From the NCBI RefSeq assembly GCF_016433145.1, contig NC_058132.1, forward strand, positions 8,523,705-8,587,704: a stretch of 64,000 nucleotides of DNA, in the 5' to 3' direction. Shown here piece after piece: positions 53,169 through 64,000 of this stretch. The translations under genes were made by a program, and so were the position numbers. The notes below the pieces were generated by a model. That model was not told where the DNA came from. It did not search any database and worked only from the letters and a program-made list of their open reading frames with translations. Position 1 is the first letter of the stretch. The number at the start of each line of letters is the position of its first letter. The DNA is from Gracilinanus agilis. Taxonomy: Eukaryota.

Positions 53169-56100
53169 ATGGCGGCGGCGGCAGCGGCGGCGGCGGCAGC
53201 GGCAGGCGCGGGGGAGGCGATCACCGGGGAAGCGGCGACGGGGCAGTCGATTGGGAAGTCCAGCGTCCAGTCCATCTTCTTCTCCTTGGATTACGGGCCT
53301 GCGCCGGAGAGCCCTTCCACCGCGCTGGTGAGCCGTAGCCTCGCACCCCCGGCCCCCCAACCTTGCTCGCTGTCCTGTGGCTCAGCCCGAGCCTGCTTGT
53401 CCCGGCCTCCACCGTTGGGTCCCCTCTCCCTGTGTCCCCTAGACCCCTGCAGCCAGAACCCTGAGCCCTGCTTGCCCCTGGCTGCCCCGATCCCTGAGCC
53501 TCTCTTGTACAAGTGGATCCGGGATGCCAGCCCTGCTCTGGCACCCCCTGTGCCCTCCTCCCTGCCCCTGTCCTGGGCATCCTCCCCAGAATTCTGTGGC
53601 TGCCCCGAAGGCCCTTCACCTGTTCCTTTCCCTTCTCTGGGCACCCCAGTCTCTTGCCCCAGCCCTGCCTTCTCCTACCCTGGTAGATGCCAGTCCCTGT
53701 CCCAAGGCAACACGTTCTGGTACTTTGTATATCCTGGGACCTATGAACCCCTGCTGTTCCTCAGCCCTGGGCCTTGTGGGCCCCCCACCTACACTGTATA
53801 TTAATTATGCCTGGGTGCCAGGGCTTGTGTGGCCTGCCCAAAGCCTGCCCTGCAGGCACCGTCCTGACCTATTGGGAGCAGACTGTGCTTCTGCCAGGGC
53901 ACTCGCACCCTTCTTGCTCTGCAGACCCAGAGGCCTGAACTTCCTCCCCGGATCTCAGTGTCTGGGTGTCATGGCCTTGAGGTTGCTAGACTTTGTCCTT
54001 CACCGAGGGCCTGGCTCCTTTTGGAACCTTTAGAACCTTCTCCACCCCTGCCCTCAGGGCTGAAGGTTCTGGACTCTGCTTTTTTCCTCCAGGTGCTAAA
54101 TGCTTGGGTCTCTTTGAGGGCCTCTGGGGGGATCAGGGCGGGTGTCTGGGAAGCTTGGATCCTCTCTGACGATGCCCCATTTCCCTCAGGCCTGGCTGGA
54201 AACCCAGGGCCCAAATCTGGGCCACTTTGTGAACGGGAAATGGCTGAAACCTGACGGTCAAGGCACCATCACCTGTAGGGACCCATCCTCAGGTAGCAGG
54301 GGCCCTGGGCCCCAGATGATTTCCCCCTGTCCCCTCCTGGAGCCCTGGGTCCTAGGCCCAGCTTGGCCCCCTCTCTGGTCCTCGGGTGTTGGATGCCCCA
54401 TTTGGGGGACAAGGCAGGGGCCTGCTCATCTCCTATAGAATTTAAGAGCTTTGTGGCTAGGCGAGTTCCTGGCCAATTGCTTCCAGGCCAAGAATGAGGA
54501 TGTGGCTTTGGCTGTGGATGTGGCAAAGCGGACTTTTGAAGAGTGGAGCCAGCTTTCTGGGGCCACTCGTGCCCAGCACCTGATTAGGTGAGGGGGCCCT
54601 GCAGGGAGTAGAAGAGGAAGTGGGGAAGATACACGTGCCCCTGCCCCCTTTGGGATAGCCAGCCCTGGGGAACCCAGAGAAGAAGCTCTCTGGGGATACC
54701 AAGTGACCAAAAGCAAAGTCCCTGCCCTCAAGGAGCTTCTACTTATTCCACTGGAACATGACCTCTTCCATGAGCCTCTTGGGGAGCCAGAGAGAGGCAG
54801 GGTAGGGAGATGAACCAGAGGCTGACTTCCTCTGTCCCTTTCATCTTATAGGCTGGCAGATGCCATCCACAAGCACCAGAAGCTTCTGTGGATTCTTGAG
54901 TCACTCACATCAGGCCGAGTGGTGCGTGAGATCCGGGATGGGGACATCCCTCTGGCCCATCAGCTGCTGCAATACTATGCATGCTGGGCCCAGACTCAGG
55001 AGCAGGCTCTGTCGGGATGGCAGCCCATAGGTGAGAGAACCCAGCCCCTGCCCCAGGCCTTCAGGCTCCCCCCACCCCCCATGCCTTCTGCCAGCCTTGC
55101 TCTTCCTTTTCCCAGGAGTGGCCGTCATTGTCCTCCCGCCGACATTCTCCTTCATCGAGATGATGTGGAGGGTCAGCCCGGCTCTGGCCGTGGGTGAGTT
55201 AGGCCTAGCGCATGAGCCCTTGGGGCTGGGGTTTTTGGATGCCTCACCCCTGTCACTGCTAACCCTGCCTCTTGGGTGATTGGAAGCCCCCATGCCACCC
55301 TTCTCCCAAGTCACTCAGCCTCCATCTGCTCCAGGACTCAGGCCTGGGAAGGACTAGATTAGACAAGACCAGAACTGTTCCCTCTTGTCCTGCTTTGACA
55401 CTTGAGTTTTCCTCAGTCTCTCCTCCCCGATCCTTTCTTCCTTCTTTAGCCAAACAGCCCAAAGAAAGGCCTTCTCCCCTTTGCTTCCTTCTCCCCTCTC
55501 GTTTTTTTCTAAGCCCTCCCAAGTCTGGTTTCCAGCCTCATCGTTTAACTTCAAGGGCAACCAGGTGACCTCTTGGTAGCCAAACCATCTTTTTATTTTT
55601 ATTTTTTTTCAACCCTTCTCTTCTGTCCTAGAGTCTATACTGTATATTTTTTCCAAAGCAGAAAAGTGGTACTTTTATCCAGGTGACTTGTCCAGGGTCA
55701 CATAGCTGGGAAGTGTGTGAGGCCAGATTTGAACTCAGGGCCTCCCATCTCTCCTGGCTCTCAATCCATTGAACCACTCAGCTGCCCCCAAATCTTAAGA
55801 CTTTTCTGACCTTTCCCCACACCCTTTGGCACTGTTGGTGACCCCCTCGTCTTCCTGCTCTCTCTTCTAGGTTTTCAGGACCTCCCCACTCTCCTGGTTT
55901 TCCTCCTACCTGTCTGACTGCTCCTTCTCAGTCCCTCTTGCTGGATTTCCCTCCATCCCGCACTCTGTCCCGGGCCCTCTTCTCTCTCTGTTCTCTCTCC
56001 CTTGGTGACCTCATCGGTTTCTCTGGATTCAATCTCCATCGCAGTGAACCCAAATCCGTGTGGCCAGCCCTGCTCTGTCTTTCAGCCCGGATAGCCCATA

Positions 56101-59100
56101 GGTACCTCAGCACCCCCTGAACCAAACTAGTTATCTTTGCCTTCAAAGCCTCCTCCCCTTGGAAGCTCCCTGGTGCAGTCGAGGGCTCGCCATCCATCCT
56201 CCCAGCAGGAAAAGCCATATTTCTTCAGTACTTCCTCTGTGCCAGGCCCTGTGCGAAGCATGTTACAGAAATCCATGTTCATCCTCACAACAACCCTGGG
56301 AGGGAGGGGCTCTTATTACCCCTGTTTTACAGTGGGAGAAACTGAGGTAAACAAAGGGTAAGTGACTTGCCCAGGACACAGACCTTATACGTGTCTGAGG
56401 CTGGATTTGAACTCAGTTCCTCCCATCTTCATGGCTTCACTTTGAAATGTAGCTCCCCGTCCCTCAGGCCACCAATCTAGGAGTCATCCTGGAGTCCTCA
56501 CTCTCACACCTCTCACATCCGAGGTGTAGCCAAGGCTTGTGATTTCACCTTTGTGCCCTCTCTCCAATGCTGCCGTACTTTGGTGCGGGCCCCCATCAGC
56601 CCACGCCTGAACCGCCACCAATAGTTGCTGGTGGCCCACGCCTGAACTGCCACCGTAGCTGCTGCCTTCCTCTAGGCTCTTCCCCACTCCAGGCTGTCCT
56701 CCAGCCATCAAAGTGCCAGTCTGGCCACGCCACCCCTATTTAGTAAATTCTAGAGGCTTCCTATTACCTCTTCCTTTTGGCTTTTGGAAGCCCGCCCTCC
56801 CTCCATCTCTCCCTTCTCTTCCTCACTCCATCCATCCTTCCCTCCCTCCAATCTCTTCATCCCTCCCTCCTGCCTTCTCTTCCTCCTTCCATTTCTCCCT
56901 TCTCTTCCTCCCTCCTTCTCTGTCTTCCCTTCCTCCTCTCTCTCCCTCCCTCCATCTCTCTCCTCTCTCTCCTTCCATCCCTCTCTTCTCTTCCTCCCTC
57001 CTTCTCTCTCTCCCTCCCTATCTCCACCTCTCCCTTCTCTTCCTCTCTCTATCCATCCCTCCCTCCCTCTCTCCCTCTCCATGCAGCCCCTCACTTGCCA
57101 GGGCCTCCCCTGTGCCCCATCTGCCTGGAGGCACTCGGTAGCTCCTCACACATCCAGGCTCTAAGATGTCTCAGGGACGGGCCTGGCCTGTAATAGCTGC
57201 TTGTTTCACAAAGGCTTGTTGCCCAGCTGACTGATTTCCGGCCTCCATGCCAGGGTGTACGGTGGTGGTCCTCGGCAGCCCAACCTCTGTGACCTCACTC
57301 CTTGTGGCCCAGCTGAGTGAAGAGTCCGGCCTGCCTCCGGGCGTCCTCAATGTGGTCATGGGGGCCACCTCCCTGGAAACCTTGCTCCCCTCGCTGTCTG
57401 GCATCGCCAAGATCTCCTTCTGTGGGACTGTGGAGGTACGGGGCAGCCGGTGGGTCTGGGGGGGGTGCCCCGATGCCCCAGGGGGGGCGGCTGGTCCGGG
57501 TTCAGGCCTGGGTGAGGCGCTGAGCGGTTGCCCCCTCCAGGAAGGGAAGGCCCTGAGGAAGGCCCTGGCTGGGAGCAGCGCCGACCTGTCCCTGAACCTG
57601 GGCGCAGAGTCTCTGATGGTGATCACCGACACAGCAGACCTGGACTCGGCGGTGGAAGGGGTGGTGGATGCGGTCTGGTCTGACCGCAGCTCGGTGAGTG
57701 GTCCCCGAGCTGACGCCGGCTTGTGTCTGGCCCCCGTCCAGGGAGCGAGCGGCCGGCCAGGAAGGGGGTGGGCGGCGGGCGGGGTCCTCCCGGCCGGCTG
57801 CTGACCGTGGCCTGGGGGCCTCAGGGTGGGCTGTGGCTGCTGGTGCAGATGTCCGAGTGGGAACGGACGCTGTGGAGACTTAAGGCCCGCATGGGCGGGC
57901 TGCGTCAGGGCCGGAGCCTGGACTGGGGCATGGACATGGGCAGCCCCGGGACCTCCGCCTGGGAGAAAGCCCAGAGCTACATTCAGGAAGCCCAGAACCA
58001 GGGAGCCCAGGTGAGGAGCCCACAGGGGGGCTGGGAGTGCCGCCCGGTGCCGGGACGGGGTGCCCCAGATGAGGTGGAGGGCCCCAGCCTCCTCTCTCCT
58101 CTGTGCAGGTATTCCAGGTTGGAAATGCCTCCCAAAAGAGCCCTTTCTTTCCCCCAACGCTGGTCCTGGGTCTGGCCCCAGCAAGCCCGTGTACCCAGAG
58201 AGAGGTGAGTGAGCCCCTTCGGGGGGCTGCTGGGGACACCTGGGTCCCTTGGAGCCTGGGGGTTCTCAGTCTCCCCACCTCTCTTCCCCGTGGCGGCTGC
58301 AGGTGCCGTGGCCCGTGGTTGTGATCTCTCCATTCCGCACGGCAAAGGAGGCGCTGGCTATGATCAACGGCACCCCTCGAGGGGGCAATGCCAGCGTGTG
58401 GAGTGAGCGGATCACCTTGGCCCTGGACCTGGCCTATGGGTACGGAGGCCTGGGCCCCGGGCAGGCCATTCCACCGCTGTCTGCCTCAGTTTCCTCCTCC
58501 CTCCCACGAGATCAAAGCTGTACCACTTGCCTAGCCCAGTGCCTGCCCCTCCAGGGTTATCCCCGCCCTGGGCCTCTAAACCCACCAAGGTTCTCCAGGG
58601 CTCCCCCGGTCAGCTCCCCTTCACGTCTGCCTCTCCCACCAGGGTCCGAATGGGCACTGTATGGATCAACTCCCACGGACTAAAGGACGCGGTTGCCCCC
58701 GTGGGAGGCTGCAAGGAGACTGGGTCATCCTGGCACGGCGGCCCCGACGTGAGTGACCCTCTTGCCCTCCTTGCTCCCAGCCGCCCCCCTCCTATTGCCC
58801 TACCTGACGCTCCCCCTGGCCCCACAGGGACTCTACGAGTATCTGTGGCCTGCTGGCCTCCTGCCCCGGCCCGTAGTGCTCCCAGAGGCCATGGACTACA
58901 ACAAGTTTGGCCTGTCTGCACCACCCGTCCTGCCCTCTGGCCCCGACACCTCCCCTCCCAGGTCAGTGCCTCCTGCTTGGGCTCCTGAGGGGGGATTCCA
59001 GGGGGGTAGGGTCTGAGTGGGCCCCACTAGGCCAGGGGTCCTCACCACTGCCTCTCCCTTCAGCCAAACTGCCCCCTACGGGATCTTCTTGGGCGGCCGC

Positions 59101-60349
59101 TTCCAGAATCCCTCCAGCCGTAGCTCCAGGCCCATCCTGGGCTCCAGCGGGACCGTCTACGCACACGTTGCAGAGGGGGGCGCCAAGGATATCCGCACAG
59201 CTGTGGAAACCGCCCACCAGGCCGCGGCCCTGTGAGTGTAGCCTCTGGTGCGGGTGGCTGGGCTGACCCAGCGGGGAGGGGGGAGGTGAGGGGCCACCCT
59301 TACCCGGCTCTCTTTTCTCTGCCCTCTAGCTGGGTTTCTCAGGCACCAGGGAAGCGGGTGTCAATGCTGTGGGCCCTGGCCGACGCTCTGTCCCAGAGGA
59401 GCCAGGTGCTGGCAGAACAACTGACGGAGGTGATGGGCATCAGCATCACAGAAGCCCAGACTGAAGTGATGCTGAGCATTGCCCGGCTACGGGCTTGGGG
59501 AGCCCGGGTCCATGCCCAAGGAGCCGGCCTGCACGTAAGCCTGGTCTCCGTTCCCGCCCCCCTCCCTCGCTCTCCTGGCCTGGTCAGCGCCTGACCCGGT
59601 GACCCTCCTCTCCACAGAGTGCCGGGCACCAAGGCCCTTTTCTGCGCCTCCGAGAGCCCCTGGGAGTGCTGGCCATCATCTGCCCAGAGGAGTGGCCCCT
59701 GCTCGCCTTCGTGTCCCTCCTCTCCCCGGCCTTGGCCCACGGCAATGCAGTTATAATAGTGCCCAGTGGGGCCTGTCCACTGCCTGCCCTCCAGTTCTGC
59801 CAGGTACTGGGTTCTAGCTCCTCCCCACCCATGCCCTCTGGCCTTTCCTGCCCTTTCCCTGGTTGTCACTGTGGTGCCTCGGCCATAGCCGTATCCCTCT
59901 CCAGTCCCCATTTCTCCCTCCCAGGATGTGGCCTCCCTGCTCCCCCCAGGGCTGGTGAACGTGGTGCCAGGGGACCGAGACCACCTCACCCGCTGCCTGG
60001 CCCTTCATCAGGATGTGCCCGCCCTCTGGTATTTCGGCTCTTCCCAGGTACTCCCTCTTCCTCCCCATGCCCCAGCCCCTTTCCCAGAGGGCTGTCATGG
60101 AGGCAGCAGCCAGCCAGGGTGATCCTGAGCCCAGGCCCCAGGCTGGCTCTGGGCTCTGTGTGACCTCAGCCTCTCTCTTCCCAGGGTTCCCAGTTTGTGG
60201 AATGGGCTTCGGCTGGGAACCTAAAGGCAATATGGGTGAACGGGGGTCAGAGCCGAGCATGGGATCAAGAGCCAGAGGGGGCCGGACCCGAGTTGTGCCT
60301 TCGGGCAGCCCGGACTAAGACTCTGTGGCTGTCTTTGGGAGACATCTGA
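53169..60349 (+). CDS. ALDH16A1: Aldehyde dehydrogenase 16 family member A1 (non-catalytic type), 17 exons, 828 aa
   Basis: Exons 53169-53327, 54190-54292, 54461-54587, 54852-55030, 55116-55193, 57254-57435, 57541-57693, 57825-58010, 58109-58204, 58303-58439, 58643-58748, 58828-58961, 59064-59231, 59330-59534, 59618-59803, 59925-60047, 60185-60349; 2487 nt in frame. [55 protein letters not shown]; ends [13 protein letters not shown]. Confidence 0.95.
55800..56750 (+). mobile_element. L2 fragments with nested MIR/SINE pieces in ALDH16A1 intron 5
   Basis: tcctggttttcctcctacctgtctgactgctccttctcagt... is L2-like; MIR-like ttacagtgggagaaactgagg at about 56330; reverse SINE at about 55590-55790. 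Confidence 0.65.
56780..57080 (+). repeat. Low-complexity CT-rich (polypyrimidine) tract
   Basis: Almost only C and T with sparse A (ctccctccatctctccc...). Confidence 0.9.
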
Positions 60350-60453
60350 GCCTCAATTTCATTCCTGCACCCCAGTTCTGTGGGGCCTCTGGGAGAATCA
60401 AGCCAAAAGGCCCAGGGAGCCCAGGCTTGACCCCCAATCGTGGCTTCCAGCTG

Positions 60454-60459
60454 AATAAA
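60454..60459 (+). terminator. ALDH16A1 polyadenylation signal AATAAA
   Basis: About 105 nt after the stop. Confidence 0.75.
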
Positions 60460-61429
60460 TGATCTAACTTATGTCTAATATGCTTCTGAGGGGAAAGGAA
60501 TGGGCTGGGAACAGGGCAGGGAAGCTCAGAGGCTCCAAGAACTTCAAGGCCTCCTTCCTTGGGCAGCGGGGAGCCCCCCATCCCTGCTCAGAGATTTTCA
60601 GGGGGGACCCACTTCCCTGAGGGGCCACCTGTCCATTCTTCCAACTGTGAAGATGCTTCTCTTCTGCCTGCCCCTGCCACTGGCCCTCAAGACCCCTTGC
60701 ACTCTTCAGGGTGCCCCCTGGTGCCAAGCCAAACAAACCTACTCCTGAGTTTCTGCTTCCTCCTGCAGGTTGAGCATTGCTAGTTCCTAAATCTCTGTAT
60801 GGCCCTTGCCCTGCTGCTAAGGGCCCTTCCTAAAATGGGACCCTGAACAGCTCAAGGGGAAAGGGTTGTTCTTCATGCTTGGGCTCTGGGCCAGAAGGCT
60901 CAATGTGGAAATCCATTTTCCTCTGTTCCACACCCTGCCAAGAAGAGTTAGAGACTCACTTCCTAGGGGCTCCTTGGCCCCACCATCCCCTCAAGCTCCA
61001 TCAATGTCCATGGGTCATTCTATGTCTTGGTTCAGCAGTCATTAAGCGCTGGGCATTGTGCTGAGCTTGGGGATACCCACAAGGATGAAGCTGTCCCTGC
61101 CCTTTAGGAACTCTCATTCTAGATGGGAGAGGAAGGGGGTGGCAGGTGATGTGTTTCTATACAAAGTATTTGAGCTGAGCTCCAAAGGGAACTATAGCCT
61201 CTAGAAGGCAGAGGGAAGACACTGCTATAGTTGCAGGGAGGTGGGGCTTGCAAACACAGGGAGGTGGGTGATGGGGATGTTGGAGGAAAGCAACAAGGCC
61301 ATCTGGGCTGGGACACTGCCCGAAAGAAGAGTGAGGTGTAATAAAGATGGAAGAGCAAGAGCTGGATCCAGTTTGAGATGGAGTTGGGAGTTTTCAAGAA
61401 GTCTTTGTTGAATTAAAAAGAAAAAATTA

Positions 61430-62040
61430 CTGTAATTTACCCCAGGATCCATCACCTTCCCAGGAACTGACTCATAGAACAAATGCTGCTATTTTTAAAA
61501 CCAAAAAAAAGGGGAAAAAATCATTGATACAATAAAAAAGTCTAAAAACAATGCTGGGCTGAGCAGGACATCATCTCCCATCTCTCCTTTCCACCCTGGT
61601 GTGTGCTCTGTAGTTTTGTTACATTATCTTTTGATTTGCATCTGTGTCTGTGTGAGGTAATTCTGTTGACATCTTTGGAGTTACTGTGTCCATTTTCTCA
61701 TCTCTGCCGACTCCAATATGCATCAATTTATGGACATCCTTCCAGGCTTCTAATTCATTCCCAATTCAGCCTTTATTACAGCACAGCGATCTTCCATTCA
61801 ATTCATGTACCACAGTGTGTTTAGCCATTCCCCAACCAATGAGTGCCTACCTTATTTCCAGTTCTTTGCCAATATAAAAAGCTTCTACAAATAATTTGGT
61901 GTATGTCAATGACCTCCTTAGAGTATAAGCCTAGAATGTAGTCTGGGTCAAAAGGTTTTAGTCACTGTGTGATTCCAAATTGCTTTCACAAGATGGTTGT
62001 ACCGTTTGACAGCTCCACCAACAATGTACCAGTGGAATGG
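61430..62040 (-). mobile_element. Old LINE-1 fragment
   Basis: AT-rich, reverse L1-like (tttagccattcccca..., ccagttctttgcca..., ttccaaattgctttc..., agctccaccaacaatgta). Confidence 0.65.
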
Positions 62041-63031
62041 GAAGGGTATGAAATGGCAAACAGCGCTGTATATTTCACTGGAGAAACAATAGGGAGGCAC
62101 TTGGGCTTGGGCAGGCTGTAACCTCTCCTCTGCCTCTTTCTCTCTTCTAGCTTTTTTAGTTAATCTCCCTTCACATATCTATCTCTCCATGGCAAAATCT
62201 ATGCTGCTTCTTTGGTATTTTTTCACTGCCATTGCTCGTCTTGCTGACCAGAGCTGATGAACCTTCCCTCTCTCTGCCTATTTGGGCACTTTACCTCCAC
62301 CCTCAAACCCCCAGAACTCCAAGGGTTTTAGAGATTCCACAGTCCAATCTCCTTCATTTCCAGGAAGAGGACAGAGCCTGGGATAGGGCTGGGAGCAGGG
62401 ACTCTGCAGAGGCTAGAACTCAGACCTCTCTACTCCCAGCTGATTCAACCCTGAGGGAGGACCCAGGCGTCCCCTGCTTCCTGCAGCTCAACTCGGAGCC
62501 ACCAGAGGGCTCCCCCCCTGGATTCCCAAACTTTCCCCCCAAATAATCTTTCACTTTCGATCTCTGATGTCTGGGCCCAGACCTGCCCTGGGCCTTCCTG
62601 GCCTGGACAGGGTTCCTGGTATGGGGCTGGGACAGCATGTCTGGGTCGCAGTTGGGCTGGGGGAGGGGAGACCTGGGCCCCTAAGAGGGGATGCCTAGGT
62701 TCTTGATTGGACTAAGATAGGGAGGGTTTGTCTAGGTCTCCATTAGGGCTGGGAGATGCTTGGATACCTGAGGAGGGAGGGTGGGGGAGGGAATGCCTGG
62801 CTCTCCAAGGGGTTCGAGAAAGGGGGTTGCCAAGGGAACTGAGGCATGGGATGCCTTCCTGGAAGGTTAGGCATAATTCGCAGTAATGAGGCAGGGGCAG
62901 GAAGCAGGGCGGGGGAGGAAACTTAGCCACATGAAGGGGCTGGGGGAGGGCACCCGGACGCCTGGGTCCTTGGCTGAGCTGGCTCTGTCCCCCCCAGGGC
63001 CCGGCAGCGGCATGAGGGGCCCCAACTCAAG

Positions 63032-63931
63032 ATGACCAGCCCAGCCCCAGCCTGGCCCCTCACTGTGCGTATTCCCAACAGATGGAGATGGCTGGGGGAG
63101 GCGGGGACAAGAGCAATGGGAGAAAAGCATCAGCAGCCCTGAGGAGGATGGGAGGGCCAGACGGGCCAGTGATGGGGCAGGGGAGGCAGGCACAGGGATG
63201 AGAGAGGAGGATGCACACTGCTGGAGAGGGAATGGGAAAGGGAACAGGCAGGGGTGGGCAAACTCAGAGGGAGGACAGAGGGGGCGGGGAGGCAGATGTG
63301 GGCGCTAAGGAGGGTCTGGATGCTGTCTCCCAATACCCCAGGCCTCCACGCTGGTGCTCCTGCTGCTCCTGCTGCCCTGGGACCCCAGCAGGGCCACTGA
63401 GCCCCCAAGCTGCACCTTCCCTGACAGCCCCATCAGCTCCACGTTCCTCCAAACCATCGGCAGATTGGTGAGAGCCTGACCCCGGCAGGGTCCTGCTCCT
63501 GCTGCCTGTGTGCCTCTGCCTCCCACCCTCTGAACGTAGCCCCCCGAGTCTCCCTGAACCCAAAGCTGTGGTTCCCTCGAAGGCTCCCGGGGTTGGGCCT
63601 AACAGCTTTCTCTCCCTCCAGTCTGACTACTTGCTCACGGATTACCCTGTGGAAGTCCCTGATAATCTCCAGGTGGTGAGTCTGGTGGGAGAAGGGGGGA
63701 GGGTTGGGGAGCGCCGCCCAGCCAAAGCCCATCCAGCCCTGGGGGACCCGGGCTTCCCGGCTCTCCCTCAAAAGCACCGTTCCCCAGGATGAGCGCTGCC
63801 GGGCCCTGTGGCACTTGTTTTTGGCCAAGAAGACCCTCGACCGCCTGGAGCTGGTGGCTGGGCAGGAGCTGAAGAAACTCCTGGACAAAGTGTGCGCTGA
63901 GATCAGCTTTGTCAGGAAATGCTTCTCCGAG
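63032..63931 (+). CDS. FLT3LG: Flt3 ligand, first 4 coding exons (3' part outside the window)
   Basis: Exons 63032-63064 (MTSPAPAWPLT), 63342-63467 (signal peptide, SCTFPDSPISSTF), 63622-63675 (SDYLLTDYPVEVPDNLQV), 63788-63931 (DERCRALWHLFLA...VRKCFSE). Sizes of 33, 54 and 144 nt match the recalled human exons; follows ALDH16A1 as in human. Confidence 0.92.
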
Positions 63932-64000
63932 GTCAGTCCCTGGCCCTCCGGCCTCCTCAGGCTCTTTGAGCCCAGGCCCTGGTCTTCCCTAGTGACTGAG

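Noticed and set aside
56713-57193. Ser/Leu/Pro-rich and Arg/Glu/Gly-rich ORFs
   Set aside because: Translations of the CT-rich low-complexity tract.
57171-58184. 337-aa minus-strand ORF
   Set aside because: Antisense shadow of ALDH16A1 exons 6-9 and their GC-rich introns.

Overview
GC-rich, intron-containing mammalian DNA. The young SINE1_Mdo/MAR1-type SINEs, plus L1, L2, L3/CR1 and solo LTRs, point to a marsupial, most likely a didelphid opossum. The region is orthologous to human 19q13.33. Genes were rebuilt exon by exon from splice sites, reading phase and remembered human proteins: RUVBL2 (first coding exon only, -), GYS1 (+, 16 exons, 738 aa), FTL (-, 4 exons, 176 aa, with 5' IRE), BAX (-, 6 exons, 197 or 200 aa), DHDH (-, 7 exons, 340 aa), NUCB1 (-, 12 coding exons, 448 aa), TULP2 (+, about 14 coding exons, about 615 aa), PIH1D1 (-, 9 coding exons, 294 aa), ALDH16A1 (+, 17 exons, 828 aa) and FLT3LG (+, first 4 coding exons, cut off by the window end). 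Two repeat-rich intergenic blocks (13.5-22.6 kb, 37.4-49.8 kb) hold three N gaps. I found no wholly new gene system. The best leads are: (1) TULP2 lies next to PIH1D1, implying an inversion relative to human and mouse, though gaps lie in that interval; (2) a candidate internal NF-Y/Sp1 promoter and in-frame alternative first exon for a short tubby-domain TULP2 isoform; (3) an FLT3LG uORF whose stop overlaps the main ATG and which appears conserved with human; (4) a GC-AG intron in GYS1; (5) tandem in-frame donors in BAX exon 1; (6) lineage-specific protein changes in ALDH16A1, FLT3LG, BAX and TULP2. All human and mouse comparisons are from memory and need confirming by alignment.
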